From positions 30,442,001 through 30,506,000 of the forward strand of contig OZ024751.1 in assembly GCA_964016885.1 (NCBI GenBank): DNA of 64,000 nt, read 5' to 3'. Positions 60,606 through 64,000 of the stretch are shown piece by piece (positions within the stretch are counted from its first letter, which is position 1; every line of letters begins with the position of its first letter). Source of the DNA: Eledone cirrhosa. Taxonomy: Eukaryota. The notes beneath the pieces were generated by a model that was not told where the DNA came from, ran no database searches, and worked only from the letters and a program-made list of their open reading frames with translations. The position numbers and the translations under genes are program-made.

Positions 60606-60638
<33 letters not shown>

Positions 60639-60664
60639 TATACAATGTATATATATATATATAT

Positions 60665-60730
<66 letters not shown>

Positions 60731-60752
60731 TATATATATGTATATTATATAT

Positions 60753-60792
<40 letters not shown>

Positions 60793-60834
60793 TATATATA
60801 TATACATGTATATAATATATATATATATATATAT

Positions 60835-61507
<673 letters not shown>

Positions 61508-61699
61508 TATACATATACATATATATATATATATACATATATTCTGACTTCTATGTTCCGAACTGTAATCTAATTCCTGCAATTTGATCTGAAAAGTGAA
61601 CAAAATTGAGAAATGTTGGATATAAGATATAGGGTATAGGATATAGGATAGAGATATAGGATATAGGATAGAGATAGCTTTTTGCCGGATTTCTTGATT

Positions 61700-61866
61700 T
61701 TCTTTTTTTCTTTTTTCTTTTTTCTTTTTTCTTTTTTCTTTTTTCTTTTTTCTTTGTTCTTTTTTCTTTTTTCTTTTTTCTTTTTTCTTTTTTCTTTTTT
61801 CTTTTTTCTTTTTTCTTTTTTCTTTTTTCTTTTTTCTTTTTTCTTTTTTCTTTTTCTTTTCTTTTC
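61700..61866. repeat. (TTTTTTC)n heptamer repeat
   Basis: Direct reading. Confidence 0.95.
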
Positions 61867-62059
61867 TGTTCTTTTGTTTCATTCTTGTATCTTGGAATAA
61901 TAGAAATACTCACGACGAAGCAAACATTCACGTTGACGTATACACATACACACATACATAAATATATGCATACCTACATATATATATATACGTGCGTACA
62001 CATATATTAATACATACATATACGCCCATAATTAGACATATAAGCACACACATACATAA

Positions 62060-62125
<66 letters not shown>

Positions 62126-62129
<4 letters not shown>

Positions 62130-62206
62130 CTACCCACTCTACTACCTCAAGTATTGAGTACTTTGGTGCGTTATGGTCCACCTGGTTCCTTACCACATTT
62201 CCTTCG

Positions 62207-62208
<2 letters not shown>
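62126..62208 (+). mobile_element. Family-B PLE extreme 3' tail within (TA)n
   Basis: Near-identical to 61192-61270. Confidence 0.75.
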
Positions 62209-62262
<54 letters not shown>

Positions 62263-62825
62263 ACCCTCTTCGGTCACCTAGAAATTCCCCTCTGAGGCAC
62301 AAGCCCGGACAAGATGTTCTTTATTGCACACAAATGCATTACACACAAATAGATATAATACACAGACATATTACTCACTAATACATTACACAGAAATGTA
62401 TATACACACTCATACATTACACATTATACATAACTGCATTATACACATAAATATATTACACACACAGTACATTATACATAACTGCATTATACATTGATAT
62501 ATTACACAAAAATACATCGTAGACATAAATATATTGCTCAAAAATACATAGAGACTGTAAGAAATGGTTAAACATCAACAATTACTTCAGTTGATCTGTT
62601 TACACATAAATACGAGAAAGAAACTCGGAAGATATCAAACTATTTGGTTTCATTGATACGTGGTTTCAAACAGTTTTTGACGGAGTAGGTTGAAGGTTAA
62701 CAAGAGTCTTGTCTCCTTTACATGTCAATTACTGATTTATAGTGATTGTATCATATCTTATAGAAAGTTCTCACGTAATCACTAGTACTTATGATGGACG
62801 TTTGAAATGAACCTTACCTCTAGTG

Positions 62826-63312
62826 CAGGGTTTCCCAACCAGAGTTGCGAGATAACATTTCAGTATTTTGTTTTTTTTATTATTAGTACTATTCAAATTT
62901 TAATTTATTATATATTTTCTTTTCCGTATGTTTCATTTTTGTTTACATATTCTTAAAAAATAGATTCCCCGGATAAAAGTATGGCACTGCCCCATTTCTC
63001 CAGAAAACGACTTACAGTATTTCCCGGCGCTGAAGACGCTTCATCCTCGAGGACACACCCAAAATTTGACAACCAAAAGTTTGAAAAAAAAAATAAAATA
63101 ACCTTCGATCTCCAGGACGCATGGTAGATTTTTTAGACTTATTTTAGGAAAAAAGTGGCGTCTTGGACGCCGGGAAATATATAAATGTGTTGCTCAAATT
63201 TAGTATTAATTCGTCTTCTTTATCCTAAAAGAAATAATCACTTTTTTAAGGGATGCGAGAACGTATTAAAAGTTTTTAGGGGTGCAGGCATGAAAAAGGT
63301 TGGGAAACACTG
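62826..63312. mobile_element. hAT/Charlie-type MITE
   Basis: TIRs CAGGGTTTCCCAACC and GGTTGGGAAACACTG; 8-bp TSD CTCTAGTG at 62818-62825 and 63313-63320. Confidence 0.9.
63015..63182. mobile_element. Tc1/mariner-superfamily (Tc2/pogo-like) MITE nested in the hAT MITE
   Basis: TIRs TATTTCCCGGCGCTGAAGACGC and GCGTCTTGGACGCCGGGAAATA; TA at the left flank. Confidence 0.75.
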
Positions 63313-63408
63313 CTCTAGTGAATGTTGTAATGATTTTTACTGGTTTTATTTGTGTCTGCTTTTCTTCTTGACTTTCTTCGCCACCGTCTCAGCAATGGAT
63401 CTATGTCT

Positions 63409-63722
63409 AAAGTCTGTCTCGAGCCCGGAGACACATCAGGCCGGTATTTATTCCGGTTTTCATGGAGTACAAGACTTCCCCTTGGACAGGACGCTAGTCC
63501 ATCGTAGGGTTAAAGTCTGTCTCGAGCCCGAACGCTCATCAGTCCGGTGCTTATCCTGGTTTTCGTGGTGTGAATCGTGGTGTGAAGCGGCGGAGAGTAG
63601 AAGACTCCCCCACCTGGATAGGGCACCAGTTCAACGCAGGGTTAAACTCCCAGCTATTGCTGTTACTCCTTTTCAGCTGAGTATACTGGAGCAACATGAA
63701 GTAAAGTGTTTTTCTCAACAAC
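63409..63722 (-). mobile_element. MetaSINE-like element with duplicated 3' domain
   Basis: Reverse complement CCCTACGATGGACTAGCGTCCTGTCCAAGGGG...GAAACCGGAATAA..CCGGCCTGATG resembles the recalled Meta domain; AAAGTCTGTCTCGAGCCCG occurs twice (63409, 63512). Confidence 0.65.
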
Positions 63723-63741
63723 ATAGCAAACAACCCAATCC

Positions 63742-63773
<32 letters not shown>

Positions 63774-64000
63774 GAATATATGATAAACACTAATACAAGT
63801 ATATAAGTGTTTGTATTGCAAATGACCAAGTTAGCTAGATTGAAAAATACTAATTAAATTAATACAGTTTGCCTGTCTCGATTTAAAATAATAAATCAAT
63901 AAAAACAAACCTATATTGGCAATAGCCGTGATACCCGGACAAATTTAAATTTCAAAACTCAAATTTGTTTCGCAACAATAAGTGAAAATTCCCATTTCTG

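Noticed and set aside
63530-63570. Permuted hammerhead (GAAA...CTGATGAG on the minus strand)
   Set aside because: Stems I and III cannot form; it is the Meta-domain-like SINE end.
63185-63769. 194-aa ORF
   Set aside because: Spans a MITE end, a SINE and (TA)n; no protein motif.

Overview
AT-rich eukaryotic DNA dominated by repeats, with no recognisable host exon, so it is probably intergenic or intronic. The repeat mix (large TA/CA/TATG microsatellite arrays, tRNA-derived SINEs, RTE and R4/Dong LINE ends, Penelope remnants) suggests an octopus or other coleoid cephalopod; this is an inference from recalled repeat families, not a database match. Nearly all ORFs in the supplied track are microsatellite artefacts. 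The only real coding remnants come from retrotransposons: an RTE C-terminus with three C2H2 fingers (25442-26041), a Penelope GIY-YIG endonuclease (56942-57441), an R4/Dong end (4790-4957) and a decayed RTE end (~19150-19345). The most interesting signal is a set of short Penelope-like ends at (TA)n tracts carrying type-I hammerhead ribozymes. The cores are intact at 8410-8460 (+), 57603-57654 (+) and 61005-61055 (-). Three distinct families share a non-canonical U·U pair at the base of stem II, and the ends often form fold-back palindromes that break in or next to the ribozyme. Also notable is a 608-bp bipartite non-autonomous RTE derivative in three tandem copies (11661-14132). A 200-N assembly gap lies at 23570-23769. 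All structures were folded by eye.
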